Assembly: GCA_030265395.1 (NCBI GenBank)
Contig: JARFYF010000022.1
Span: 45,801,935 to 45,865,934, forward strand
Length of the DNA stretch: 64,000 bases
Source of the DNA: Rhina ancylostomus
Taxonomy: Eukaryota
Direction of reading: 5' to 3'
This document shows positions 24,030 to 38,660 of the stretch, in pieces; positions within the stretch are counted from its first letter, which is position 1, and each line of letters begins with the position of its first letter. The position numbers and the translations under genes are program-made. A model generated the notes under the pieces. That model was not told where the DNA came from, ran no database searches, and saw only the letters and a program-made list of their open reading frames with translations.

Positions 24030-25480
24030 TTGTTTCTTTTTATTCATTCATTCAGTTTGGGCATCACAGGCACAGCATTTATTAGATATCCTACCTTCTT
24101 CAACCACTGCAGTGCTTCTGGTGAAGATTATCCCACGGTGCTTTGGGCATATTCCTCATGAAAGGATTTAAATCTGGCAATGATGGAGTGCCAGTAACAT
24201 ATTTCCATATCAGGATGGTGGGTTACTTGGAGAGAAACATGCAGAGGCCAGTATTCCCAGGCATCTGCTATTCTTGTCCTCCTTGGTGGTAGAAGTCATG
24301 GGTTTGGGAGATAATGTTGGAGTAGTCCAGGTGAGTAAGTGCAGTGCATTTTGTACATGGTGTACAGTGCATTTGCAGTGGGCCAATGGAGGGAATGAAC
24401 ATTTAGGTTGGTGAATGGGATAATGATCAAGTTAGATGCTTTGCCCTCATGGTGCCAAGTTCCTTGAGTGTTGTTGGAGCTGCATTTATCAAGCCAAAAG
24501 GGGAATATTCCATCACACTCCCGTGTTGTGTCCTATAGATAGTAGAAAGACTTTGGGATGCCATGAGCTGAGTAACCCCAAGGTACCCAGTCTCTTTGCT
24601 TGCAGCCACAGTTTTTGTGTAGCTCATTCAATTGAATCTTGAGGCAATGGTAATGCCATTGAATGACAAGGGTTGGTAGTTAGACACCCCCTTGTTGAAA
24701 ATGGACACTGTCTTGCATTAATATTACTTGTCTGTTATCATAATATGCCTGAATGTTACCAAGGTTTTGCTACACATAGGCAGGGACTTTAATTTGCTAG
24801 TGAGTTATAAATGGAATCAAATATTTTACATCAGAGAACTTTCCCACTTCTGACCATATAATTAGAAGTAGCTCATTGTGAAGATGGCAAGACCTAACAA
24901 ACTGACCCAAGGAATACCTGCATGTCCTGGGGCTGGGATGAATGCCCTTCAACAATCATAATCACTTTCCTTTGTGCAAGATACAACTCCAGCCACTGGA
25001 ATGTTTTCCCACTGACTTCAGTTTTATGAGGGCTCTTTGATGTCACACTTAGTAAAATGCTGCCCTGATGTCAAGGACTGAGTTCTTTGTTTCATGTTTG
25101 GCCGAAGGCAGCAATGAAATCTGGAGGTGAGTAGTCCTGATGAAATCCAAACTGGGCATGCTGAGCTAATTAGTGGTGTGTAAGTGCTGTATAACAGCAC
25201 TTCTATCTCTTTGCTCCTGATAGACAATACATTGATTGGGTGATTCTTCCACATTTTGGGTATATCTCAGTGTTGCAACTAATCTAGAGTAGCTTGACTG
25301 GAGGCAACACTAGTTCTGGAGCACATGGTTTCAGTGCTACAGCCAGAATACCATTTGATCTCATAGCCTTTGCTGCACCCAGTGCTTGCAGCTGTTTCAC
25401 AATACCACAGAGAGTGAATTAAAATGGCCAAAGACTGACTTCAGTCATGTAGGAGATCTCAGGAAGAAGCCATGGTCAAC
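24030..25480 (-). mobile_element. CR1-supergroup (L2/Crack-like) LINE ORF2 and 3' end, decayed
   Basis: Minus ORF SQSLSTIYRTQHGSVMEYSP...AAPTTLKEL resembles the post-RT motif TIYKAQVRSVMEYSP; (ATGA)n tail near 24040. Confidence 0.7.
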
Positions 25481-28400
25481 CAACAAATCTGCACTTATAG
25501 CTTAATATTCAAATGGTCTTTCAAAGAACTGGAATGGCGATTAGGGACTGAATGGCCTCTTTAACTGTAATTACATTCCACACAAATCAGAAAGTTTATG
25601 TCTCTCCACCTTGATTGAATCCATTATTTTGAAGCATTTCAAGAAAATGCTAACTTATTCTAATCCATCCCAGGACTGCCCGACAAACATACCTGCACAA
25701 ATTCTACCCATTTATTGTTTTCCCCTGTATTTTCCGACATGACAACAACATGCTGCTTCACACACCACAGCACTGCAGTGGCCAATTGTGCTGTAATCGA
25801 AATAATGAGGCTCCACACCAGAGCTATTTAATTGAACAGAAATTCTCTGCATAATTCATGTAATGTTAATGATGTAAAATGAAGGCAGCAATTAACAGTC
25901 ATGGAATGATAATGAGGGATATTTTAAGCACTGATTAGAGAGTTGAAGAACACCTCCTACGTGAGATCTGCTTTTAGAAACTTGCATTATTCCAGCACTT
26001 TATGAAGCCTCAACATGTAAATCTCCTGTGGCACATAGAATCATAGAACTTTATAGCACATGTGGTGGCTACATTTGGTCCAGGATGCCTCAGTCAATTC
26101 TTTGAAGGTTGCATCTGCTTCCAGAGAAAAAATTCATTTGAAACTTGGAGGTTCCACTGCTGCTCTGCAACTGGAAGGTGGGGTGCACCAAATAACCACG
26201 AGGCTTGACTATGAATTTTATCTAAGGTCATTGCACATAGTTACATGCCTCCACTACTGAGAGATTGGCAAGATCATATTCTGCATCTAAACTACATTGA
26301 CAGAAACATTTCCCTAATTAGAAGGCACTTATGTGCAGAGGGTAATTTACCACAGCTAAAATAGGTAATGTATTTGAAATTGGTTACAATAAAATAATTT
26401 TCACAGTAGTAATCAGCTGCAATTGATGTTGTTCCAGGGATCACTACGATTCCAGGTTTATCACTTTCTTGCACTGAGATCGCACTTATTATTTAATGTG
26501 TAATATTTCATTATTGACTTGCTTTCTTACAGAACATATGGGGACAGAATGATATAGAAAATGAAGAAAAGAAGAGGTCTTCTCCCAGTTGTAAAATGTT
26601 TCAGCTACCAACTCTGGTATGAAATCTAATCTTAACTTATGTAGAAAAGTTTCTCATACTCCCTCTCCCATTTCTCTCACTTTTAATCTGATGGTTATGC
26701 CTTCTCATTTATTGAAAAGTGTTTCTACCTGCTCCGTGTAATCAGGATTTTAAACAGCTCCATATCCCTATAATTTATATATGAAAAAAACTCCAAAGAA
26801 TTAACAGCAGCCTGAGTCATCCAATGAACCTTTCCCCAGATGTTAGAAATTGCAGAATTTCCTAAAATATAAAATTTTAACTGACAAAAAAAAAGGTGAT
26901 GGTGCAAAATCTCCAAAGTAGAAAATATCCCCAAAAGTTGATTTGAAGTTTTAAAACATGATGAGAAACTCCAGAGAAGTTAACCCATGGAAATCTAGGA
27001 CAGAATTTACAAAATCAGAATAAAAGTAGAAATGAGAACAGGCTATTGAGAGGTACAGGGTTGGGTCAGCAGGTGGTCTTGGAAATAGTTCATGAAATCA
27101 GCGCATGTGCTAGATAACCTGCCATTTCCCATCTGCATAAACTGAGCAAAATTCACTGCAACTGTTGCATCTTTTGTAAAAGAAACTCGGGAAGATCAGC
27201 AGAAGCCAAGGTTGTAACACCTTGAATAAAACTATTACCAATCCTTCTGGGGGCATCAGCAAACTTTTCCCAAAAATGTCATCCAAAGTTGGAATGAATA
27301 TCAATTCCAATAATTTCAAAAGCTACCACATTCATCCTTTCACTTGATTTTTCTTTCTCTCCCTCTCATAAATGTCTCTCTTTTGGTTCCTGTCACTCAG
27401 GCTGAAGACTCATTCCTCCTTGCAATTCATGGCCTTATGATAGCATCAAGACCCAGATGGCAGTATAACCACTGACTGTGAGGATCCTGCTGCAGCTAAC
27501 CTGTTCAGTGAAAGAGTCAGTGATATTCCTTGTAGTGAAAAATAGCTTCGTAAATCAAAGGCATGCATACAAAGGTGTTAATGGCATTAAAGCAAAAGTT
27601 TGCAAATCAAAGGATTACTGTATTGCCTATAGGCACAGTTTGAACATTTTAGAATATAGAAAACAATTCCTCAGTGAGTTGGGGAAATACAATGAGTAGC
27701 ACCCCATAACTATAGACTTTAAAGCTAGCTAAAAGTCATATAAATTTGCAAACTATGCTGAAACTTAATTTTGAGATGATTTCCTCAATCATCTGTAATA
27801 ACTGCAACATGAAATCTACAGAAATGGTATCAATGAGCATTTCTCCAGAGGTTCAATAATCTTCTGCTACAGAGTTGCTACAGGCAAAAATCCATAATCA
27901 TCAAGGAAGAATTCTTCATGGCCTAATACTGTGCTGGATGGTGCAGTTAACTGGAGCATTAGTAAAAATNNNNNNNNNNNNNNNNNNNNNNNNNNNNNNN
28001 NNNNNNNNNNNNNNNNNNNNNNNNNNNNNNNNNNNNNNNNNNNNNNNNNNNNNNNNNNNNNNNNNNNNNAAACATTAAAAATTATCTGAACAACTTAATC
28101 CTGTGGAGATGATAATTATGAGAAGCCTAAATTCATTAACAAGAAGAATCCATCTATTTAAAAACACAAAAATGGATCATGTGTGTCCATCCCTTGGCAC
28201 ATGACCAAGCACTAAAGTCAATGTGCTTCACACTTCCTTTAAGAAACAGAAATAGTAACACCTGGCACTGCATGACGTCATTAACTCAAACAATTGTGCT
28301 TTGCTGGAATTAAATAGAGGAACAACAGACATCGGGCATGAGGAGTTACAGACAGGGTGACAAAGGTGTTAGCAAAGAGGCAACTTTTGAAGGTGGCAAA

Positions 28401-29204
28401 GGATGTTGAAAGGTGAGAGGAGGAAATCTTCCATATTGTATGGGTTTGATAGCTGAAGGCTCTGCCACTGTGCGAGCAGATGAAATAAATAGTGCACATG
28501 AATATGTTTATTTCCCTCAGGTACTGCATCTCCATAAATAAACTTGTGCACATACTGTGTTCTGGCTGCATAAATAAGCATGTACGTCTCTCCAATCACA
28601 GTTGCGTCTAAAAATAAATGCCACTTCTGACATTTCCTATGCAGTATTTCACAACTCCAGTTTAGCTGGGAAATTCACACATGACTTTATATGAAATCGA
28701 TTATAAGTCATACAAAAAATTGTAAATCCTTGCAAATATATTAAGTATAAAAAATGCAATTATAAGATGCATATCCATGATTAAATTTGCAAGATAGTTA
28801 CAATTTTTTGTTGATGCAAAAAAGTCTTTTCAACCATTTCTTTCAAGCACAGGATTTGGAAATGATATGTTCAAATGTCCTTTTGAAATTAAAGTTTACC
28901 AAAGTTTAAAATCTACATTATGACACATATTGAAACTGCTAAGGCAGACAAGGATTTGCAGTGCTGATTAGCAACAATTGCCCTGATGATTAGGGACAAT
29001 GAAGTAGAATTATCTTATATTGGGTATTGTTAACTGACAATCAGATGGCTGGGATGCCCTTTACAGTTGGTCTTGGCACAAATTAGTTTAGGAAGCAAGC
29101 TCAATTGGGAGCTCTGCTGGCAAAATTCAGTCAATTGTCAATCCCACAACTTCCTGTGGGACACCAAACGGAACAAATTCCACTCAAAGAGTTATTCAGC
29201 AAGA

Positions 29205-29508
29205 AAAAAGGCCGTTTAGCCACACTGGTCCATGCCAACCAGGATGCCTATCCAAGCTGGTCCCATTTGCCCACATCTGGCCCATATCCCGCTAATCCTC
29301 TCCTATCCATGTACCTGTCCAGTGTCTTTTAAATGTTGTTAATGTACCTACCTCAACCTCTTCCTCTGGCAGCTTATCCCATATATGAAGCACCTTCTGG
29401 GTGAAAAATTGGCCCATCAGGTTCCTATTAAATCTTTCCCCTCTCATCTTAAACCTAACCCTCTAAGCTCTTGATTCCCCAACCCTGGGGAAAAAATCTG
29501 CATGCATT
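29205..29508 (-). mobile_element. CR1/HER1 LINE 3' fragment
   Basis: tcccatttgccc...ggcccatatcc...atccatgtacctgtcca...ttttaaatgttgt is the reverse complement of 43900-44040. Confidence 0.8.
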
Positions 29509-32500
29509 CAGAACATTTGGGAGGTTAGATGGAAGATTTGATGAAAGGCCAAGCAAGGCAAAGATATTATTTGGAAGTTAGATGTAACCCAAAACCATTG
29601 TAGTTTTCAATTTGATTCAGTGCTGAAAATGACCAAAAGTCAATGTTCTGTAAGATGAAATTGGAGTTGAAGTGAGATTTATTGTAAATGTACATCCATT
29701 TGCTGACTAGAATAAATAGGATAATAATTTATGTCTGGCATTGAGTGGCTATAATGCACATACAGTGAAATTGAAGACAAGGATCAAGATACAGAGTCCA
29801 AATTATATAATGGTTACTCTTATTAGTAATCTTTTCATATTACCCCAGGTCACTGTATCTGAAAACAGCATCTAAGAGAACCTTGAGCTTGAGAGAAGCT
29901 ACATCTGTTCACTGAAGTTACTAGTACCAGTAAGCACAGCTCAAACCTGAGATTTGTACTTATTATATTAGGTTCAGAGCTGGAGTACACATTACATTGA
30001 AAAGGAGTTGTAAATACCTTCAGTGCATTCTTCCCGTACAGATGGACAGCATTGTGACAGCTACTTTCAATACTGAAAGGTATGACAAGATATACAACAC
30101 AACAGCCTCCAACTCTTAAGTTTGTTGTTCCAGGATTGGTGGCTACATGAGATTCCCATTGATAATTGTGATAGCATTTCTTTTGATCAACTATTTTCCC
30201 CCTCATTTGATAACTCAATTAGCATTGGCAGACTGAATTTATTTTCGCACTGGTGAGAAACTTCAGAATAATGATAATTATACATCTGAGCCAGATTATT
30301 CAATGGGGGGCTAGGAAACACTTTTTCCACAAACAGAGCACTAAAAGTATGGGGTTTCCATCTATTAGCTCAATAATGTTTAAATCTGAAATCATTAGAT
30401 TTTTGCAAGAGTGTAGTTTAAGGGCTTTGGATTCACTTGGAATATGGTTTAGCTGCAAATGATGGAACAGGCTCTTGTTCTTATAGAAAATAGAATGTAG
30501 AATAGTACAGCACAATACGTTCCCAATGTCAGGATTTGATTACTCCCACACTTTATTTACTCAGTCCCTGGGAACTAAAGAACCTCTTGGATGAGATACT
30601 TTACAGGAGTACGACTAGAAATGGTAGGAGTTGCAAGGGAAAATGAAACAACATTGCAAGTACATTCCCTTGTTAGGTCGCCAGTAAAGAGCTACAAACC
30701 TTTATCTCTCATTTAAGTGAAGTCATGTGTTTAAAATTCTAGTTATGTTAGGAAGAGCATGCTAGGGCATTACCAATTACAATCTCACACAGGATTGTGA
30801 GATTGAATTAAATTCTCACAGGATTAAATTCTCTTTTGAATTTAAGTTGTGAGATTTACAACGGTAAAAAATTATTTAAAGTATGTCAGTCTACAGGCTT
30901 CGTGCTGCATTGAAATCACACTCTTTTTGCTAAGTCGCATATTGGGTGCTCCAAATGGAAATAGCTTTCACCTACTCATCCTGCAGGTTGGATGTTGGAG
31001 TTGATCATAACTGAGGTCCTGATACCATATGTACACACATGCACACCAAAGCCCCTCACGCACACACACACACAGTTGACATGCAGGACAAATGTCTCTG
31101 CTCCTGAAGCTGGCAGAATAACTGTGCACAATAACTGCAAATGAACTTCTTTATTGTTTGTCACAAATTATCTTCTGATATTCACAGGGGTGTTTACATA
31201 AATGAAATCAAACAAAAAGTACTGGAACTGCTCAGCAAATCAAGCAACATATCCCTGAGTAGAGAAATAGACAACCTCCACGGAAGCTGTCTGACCTGTT
31301 CGATAGTTGCTGCATCTTGTTTTATTTCAGAATTTCACAATCTGCAGAAGCAATCATTTTTCTTCATATAAGTTGTGCGGTTGGTTGCAGAAGTTTTGGA
31401 ATTGGATTTGCATAATGTATTTATTTTGTCTTTGACAGGTTTCTCACCTGAAAGTTGGGCTCACTGACAGCCTTGACTTCTCCTCAGGCAGAGGAATGCT
31501 GGAACAAGAGACAGTAGGTGCTGGAAGGTCCAATCTGAAGTGGGTGGGGGTGATTCCATACCCATCTCAAGATGTGTTTTCATTACTTAGGCATAACTAA
31601 TGGACTCATTTATGTAAATTTTGGAAAAAATTATTGTTTGGTTCTCTCATAACACTTTGTTACACTGTAGACATTCTCTGGTGATGGTGTTAATATTTGC
31701 AATTATTTGCTAGTTCAAAGAAGTATGGTGAAAAAGACCTGCAGTTTCCTCTTCTCAGAAAAGTTTTGGGTCATTATTCTTTAAAGGTGTTGTGGTCTAA
31801 AACAATAGAAAACTTCCTTTTCTCTTGCAGATAAAACTATCATTCACTTGAACAAACAGATGAAAGTTCACTCAGCTGGAAGAAGACATCTCCATTGGTA
31901 GAGTACTCCCTCAAAAGCTCACCAAAAGCTTGGAAACCATCAGCTTTCGCCACTTGATAACTCAGCTAAAGCCTGGAGGTTAACCAGCACAGGTAATTGT
32001 CATGGTTCTGAGTTCTGGCCCTCATTTGGCTCCATTAATGCCTTGTTGTCCAGCACATGGATTCCATGCNNNNNNNNNNNNNNNNNNNNNNNNNNNNNNN
32101 NNNNNNNNNNNNNNNNNNNNNNNNNNNNNNNNNNNNNNNNNNNNNNNNNNNNNNNNNNNNNNNNNNNNNGCAAGATTCCTTCCAGTTACTGCCTGCGTTT
32201 GGCCTGAGGAAGTATCCTGACTCCAGTCTTGTATCAGCGTGCTGCATTTGGGTTCTCTGAGTTTGGTTGCTATCAACATTGTGACAGTAATGGTACTGGA
32301 GCCAGTCCGCTGATCCCGCTCAATGCTTGCCACGTCCAGCTGCACCCAAACAGGTTTTCAGTTGTAGAGGGCTAAACAACCTGAGCCGGGACACCTGAGA
32401 AGCAGAGCAGGCTCCTAGAGAGAAGGGGCTCCTCTGGCAGCATACCTCTGAAGTCCTGCCCTCGAAAGATCGCAGTAGTTTTTGACAGATTGATGTAGAA

Positions 32501-33724
32501 TGTGAAGCTCATTGGGCTCCTCTCTCCTGCATGTCAGTGCTCTGCTCCTGCAGCAGGGCAGGAGATCAGATGACTTTGTTCAGTCCAACTTGCACAAAGT
32601 CCAGAATGAGCCGAGTTGTGAGAGGCAGACAGGCAGTGGTTTCCTGCCGAATACCTTTGAGATCCACTGGGTCAGTGGATTGAGTCAGCTCAATTTGGCC
32701 TATTGATTCTTCAAAAGGAAACTAAGTGGACATGGATAAGGAGCAATGCAGCATATGGTTTATTAGGCAACAGATAACAGGATAGCTGATGAAATAGATC
32801 ACAGGATGGCAATAGCAAGGGTGGCTTTAATATGAATGTAATACATCTGCAACCATCAAATTAGTCAGTGAAATGCAAATGCCTTAAAATATGGACCTTG
32901 AAGTCTGAAAACTGAAGGAGTTTTATAGATGAGGCAATATATATGTGGTAGAAGATAATTATTGAAGATAACAAACAGAAGGGTCCTTGAACCAGTGTAA
33001 GAGGAATGACACGGGTGATAACCATAAAAATGATAAACTGCAGAAGAGGGAGACTGGCTGATCCTAAATCATGGGTTTTTCAATAATGGGAAACCATTTT
33101 AACATCAACACTTCAAATTCCTCATCTCTGGGCTCTATTCATAGAAACATTTTCTGGGGATTTTTTGAGACGTTATTCCTTTTTTTCGGAAAAACAGGTT
33201 GTTACTTTTTAAAAAAAACACTAAATGCCAAAAATTCTCTGTAGATTAGAAAAAATACATTATGCATCTTGTATAAAGTACAACAACTGTACAAGCCCAA
33301 TGTATTTTATTTTAATTTTGATTTCTAACTGAAGATTTTATGAAAAATTTATATATTCTTATTTTATTTCCCCATCACTTTTACTTTTGAATTTGCATCG
33401 ATCCAAATTTGAACATCTTGTTCTTCCGACATTGAACATAAAAACTATTGGAAATCACCCAGTGCTACAAGAAAAAAAAATGAATGCAATAATAAATTGC
33501 ATAAACTGACTGTTAGAATTAGTTCTATAATTCTTGGTCTCTCCACATAAATGGAAAGCCTAAGATACTTACCATCAAAACCAATACACTAAAGAGCTAA
33601 ATGATCAGGATTAAGTGGCTTATTGAGTTTTAACTACCAGTAATCTTGTGGGAAAATATTTACAAACAAGATTAGTGTTGTTCCTCAGCCAGCAAATTCC
33701 CAGGCTTTCTATTGTGGAAACATT

Positions 33725-34560
33725 ACAGCCTAGGAGCCTGTTCAGCCTATCGAGTTGATACAGGGTCCTTGAAGAACAAACTACATAAGCTACATTCCTC
33801 CATTCCTTCCAACATCTTTCAAACTAATTTCCCTCGTGCCTGCCCAATTTCCTTTTAAAAACCACAATATTCTGTTTCTGCCACCTTGTTGTAAAAAACA
33901 GAATACTGAGGCTTTTAAATAGGAATTGGATAGGCACAGGTTCCAGGTCATGCCCACTATATGCATAAACAATTTTATTTCTCTGCCTTCTGCCTATCAC
34001 CTCAAATTTGTGCTCTTGGTCCTTGAACCACCTGCTGAAGAGAATTGCTTTTCAGAATTTACCTTTTCTAAACCGGCCATGGATTCATACAACCCTGTCA
34101 AATCCCCTCTCAACTACTTTCGCTCTAAGATGAGGGCACCTTTTCACGGTTAAACCACATAGCAGAAATTCTCATCCCAATGACTGTTCTCTTAAATCTT
34201 CTCTGCAACCCCCTCTATGACCTTCCTAAAGTGATGCATATTGTGTTAAACACAAAACTCTAGATGTGACCTAACTTATAAGGACACTGGTAAGGCCACA
34301 ACTCCCTACTTTTGTTCTCTGTTTATGCCCAGAATTCCATATACTTTACTAAATGCTCTCTCAACATGCCCTGCTGCTCTGATATATACTTATGGGTCCC
34401 TGTTGATCAGCAGTTATGAATACTGTCATTGTGTCTCCATATTCTTTCTACCAAAACATATAATTTCACATTTCTTTGTATCAAATTTCATCTGCCATTT
34501 CTCTGTCCAATATGCCACCCAATGACTACTTATGGTCTACTATATGACTCTTCAATTTTT
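33725..34560 (-). mobile_element. Old CR1 LINE fragment
   Basis: ttccaggtcatgcccact...gtcaaatcccctctcaac...aaatttcatctgccat, antisense CR1 ORF2 motifs shared with 47830-49975. Confidence 0.55.
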
Positions 34561-34599
34561 AAAGACCCCCAAGTTGGGTGAAGGTGGTAAATTCTGTAG

Positions 34600-34990
34600 T
34601 ATTCCCACATTTTCATCCTGCGTGAGTTCAAGTCCCCTCCAAGGACTTGAGTGCAAAATCCAAGGTTGGCACTAGTATGGTACAGTGGGAGCATAATACT
34701 ACTGGATCTGTCTTTCAGCTGGGCAATTAAACTGCTCCAGTGGCAGACACAAATAATCCTTGGGCAGCATGTTGAAGACAATTAAGGAACCCATCCTTAA
34801 GTTTTGGCCAACATTTAACCTTCAATCGACTTTTCTGAAATAGACGATCGAGTTATTATTATAATATGATTTCTAGGAGCTTGTTGTGTGAAAATTGGCT
34901 CCCATGTTTCTTGCAAACATTTCAAAAGTTGAATGTAAAGCACTTTGGAATGTTCTTAAAGGCAGGCAAAAGGTATTACATGAAGTGTTG
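34600..34990 (+). mobile_element. DeuSINE (SacSINE1-like) remnant
   Basis: B-box gagttcaagtccc, ttggccaacatttaaccttca, aaattggct, tgtaaagcactttggaatgt tail. Confidence 0.65.
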
Positions 34991-37900
34991 AAGATGACAA
35001 GGATAAAACTCTCAAAGTTTTTTTCATTGCTTTTTTTTTAAAAAACAGAAAACTATCAGATTGTAAGAGAAACAAATCTGAAAATTCCTTAGGCTTTAAC
35101 AAGCATAACACAGTGTTGCTTCCAAAAAACTGTTCTTTACTCTCAGGCACATACTGAGCAGTTTTCTCAATGTTTCATAGTTAACCTTTGGAACTCAAAA
35201 TGACAGGATGTAGTTTTTCTGTGCCAAGTTCTGCATCTTTGGATAGGCTGTACCAGGTCTAATCCAGCTTTAATTCACAGAAGTACACAGCCAAAAAATA
35301 ATGAAATGCAGCAAGGTCTGTCTGGATGAAAGTCGGGGAAAATAAATGATTGTTCAAAGGAAAAGTAATGACATTTCAGCAAAGACAGAGATGGCAGAAC
35401 AACTTTATGGATGGCACCATCTGAACCACACACACACACACCTTCACTTCTAATTTACGGGGTAAATTATACTGCACTTTGTTGAAAAAAAGGAATGCAA
35501 AACATCAATCTGATTAAGCTGCAACCGATCTTCCAGAAAATAATAAAACAGCAAAGTAATAATATTCTCCCTGACAATGCTGGCATTTAGATACTCGCAT
35601 TTATATATACACAGAAGTTACAAATTAATTCTTTAAATGGAAAAAGAGTTTCAATAACTTAATTGATTAAATTACAGCTTTACAGTTCCTCAGAGACATC
35701 CAATCATCACACTTAAGAGCAGCTGGATACTCTAATTTCCCAATTGGCTTGTAATTATGTAAAAATTCTACCTCTGGAAAAGTCAGACAGAGGTAAAATC
35801 AAATCCCATAAGCTGCAGCATTTCAGGCCAAGCGTTCGGGTAAATGAAAATGATTTCATATGGGGATGACAGGTTGCTTGAAAAAGAATGCTCTCAATAC
35901 TGAAAAATCAGCAACACTTTCACATTAGTAATGCTTCATTCATGGCTTCTTAGCCATTTCAAACTTTTATCCAACCTGTCCCCACTCCCAAACTGTTAAT
36001 TTTATTTGCAAGTTACTACGAACAACACACTTCATTGCCTGCTCTTCATTCCATATAAACATTTCACATTTAACCTGAGTTTAAGAATATTGGTAGATCC
36101 ATCGCTTTTACCTTACCCAACCACAATATTTCTAGCATTTTACGACAGTCTGACATTGTGGCACGTTGACAATCAAGCAACAGAAGAGGTTACCTGCAGT
36201 AAATTCAGATTACCTGCACTGCTCAATGAATCTTTGATCCTATAGACTGCCATGCTTTCATCATGTCCCAAGGGCACGTTTAAAATCCCTCAATCCCACC
36301 TCTGATTATATAATCAGATGGTTTTATTGTTAAAATAACAACATGCTATAAAGACCCTGACATTACAAATTTAGCAACAGCCATCAAGATGAGCACCAGC
36401 TTTATGGAAACTACACTTAACTTTTCTAATTCCACTCTGCTCCACCTCATTCCTCCACCTCAAGAAACTCAATTGCTTTAAATGGTTTTACAATTTTCAT
36501 TTTATTTTCAGAGTCACAAGATTATACATAATATTCAGTTGCCAATTCCATGCAGTAGATATTAAAACAGCCTTGTGCACTGGATATGCACATCTATTTT
36601 ACAAGAACAGATATCAGCTGAACCATTTTCAAAATCCAGATAATACCACAGATTGGTTTGCAGATTTGAAGAGGTGCCATAGTTGTTAAATAGATGTGGT
36701 TACAGATAGAGAATTGATAATGAAACAGTGAATACCTTGGATGCAAATTATATCCACCATAAGCTTATTTTCCCACTAACCTCCAGAACAGTGTGGGGAA
36801 GCAGTGGCACACCTATCTAAACATTTAATCATGCTCTTCTAAAGATTAGCTTGATTAAGTGAAAGAAAATTTTATAACAGCTAATTAATGCATCCCGGGG
36901 AGATAGCATATCTGTCTGCTGCCCACCAAGTCTCAGTACTTGCCATTCAGTCTATTCCTTTCCACGATTCTGCTGTCCTACTGCGTCATGAGTCTGCTGG
37001 ATTAGGTGGAACAGTGAAGTGGGGTGATTTCCATTACCTTACATCACTGTTCTCATCAAATCCAGCATTTCACCCAAACTTCTTAATCAGATGACAGACA
37101 TTGCAGCTAAGCAATGTGTTGATTTATTATAAACCTAACCTGTTCACCGCAGATAACTGCAATTACAGTGAAACACGACAATCGAGGAAATTGCTTTCAT
37201 GTACATCTTATACAACAGATTTAATAAATGTTTTTACAAAATGGATAATATTGTGGCAGAGGGTTAAAAATAATCATCCCAGGAGAGAAAAATGGACAGC
37301 ATTTTCTGTTTGAACAAGCATCTGGAGGTTGCTACATAGAAGGGTGGTTAATGGTCTGTGGAGTTCTCTGACAATGCCACGAAAATGGAAGGCGATTGAT
37401 AATGACTTAATTGAGTGAGCAGGTCTTCAGTATCGATTGATCACAGAATTGTGAATCAAGAACTGTTTCGGGAAGTCATTGGTAGCAATTAAACTGTGAA
37501 ATAAACATAAATATGTACTGAAACAAGACCAATATGAGATGAGGAACAACACTGCAATGTTACATTCTCAGTAAGTGACAGCAATAAATTGGGAAGTTAG
37601 CTAGCTTTACTGAGAATCATGGTCTCAGGAGAAATAATAACTTGAAGGCAACAGGACTGGCCGTCTGGTTAGTGAGATAAGAAACAATGAATCCAATGGC
37701 TTCCAAGGCCTCAATGACAGGCAGAAGAACTGGCTGTTACTGTGGTAATGAGAGATAACCAGAGGCCGAGGTTAAGGCAGTGAAATACCCAAGTGGTGAG
37801 ACTTGGTCATGAGACCAACGGTGGAGAACCTGACAAAAGCCATCACAGTCATAATCCTCTGTACTTGATTGTCTCAGTACAAATAGCTAGGATGCTATAT

Positions 37901-38429
37901 AATTGGTGAAGTAGAAAATGGAGGTGGTAGCATAAACAACTAATAGTCCAGCTGCAATAGGACAAAGATGGGTGAAAAAGATTGCGCAGGCATAGGACCA
38001 TCGATGTTGGACCATTTCATTAGAGAACAGAAGGAATGGGGAGAGAGGCGAGTCCTGGGATTTAACTCCTTACCAAAACCTAGAACAGCATGAGAAACTA
38101 AAACCACAGAAAGGAGGAACCCTGGGATTCAAGAAATCTGGGTACCACAAGTCGGAGACTGATCACCTCAAGTCTTGACGGATAGTATATTCTGGAAGTT
38201 GTGAATGCTTATACAATTAACACTCTACATAAATCCAAGTATACCTTTTACTTATTGCTAGAGGCGTGACTTGAATACTAGTGCAAATTTGGCACAGCAG
38301 TATTGTAGACATTCAAGAGATGCAGTGCCAGCAAGAACCATACACTGAAACATTCACTGACAACATTTGATTTCAATAGCAAAAGATTTAAGTAATAAGT
38401 TTACGAATGAAGTGCAAGTAGCATAGTTC

Positions 38430-38660
38430 ACTTCCCTTCAACCATTTGGTTCTTGAACCAACCTGCACAACCCTAATCGCTACCTCAGTATAGCAACTCC
38501 ATGACTAATTTGCAGTCCAATGGACTTTGTTTTTTTTGTTCTCATTGTGTTCTCTCTTGTAAAAATTGTGTATAATTTATGTTTTTCATTATCATTCTTG
38601 TGAATGTTGCTTATTTGATGCTATGTGTCTGTGATGCCGCTGCAAGTAAGTTTTTCATTG
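38430..38660 (+). mobile_element. Rex1/Babar-type LINE 3' fragment
   Basis: cacttcccttcaaccatt...ttcttgaaccaacc (~SFFPSTIRLLN), then tgatgccgctgcaagtaagtttttcattg. Confidence 0.55.

Noticed and set aside
29850-30218. 122-aa minus-strand ORF (also 61020-61478, 152 aa)
   Set aside because: No homology, no clear splice context, non-coding-like composition; the second overlaps a DeuSINE
37850-38170. Possible CR1 ORF1 esterase remnant (LPKPRTA resembling LPVPRAS)
   Set aside because: Single weak motif
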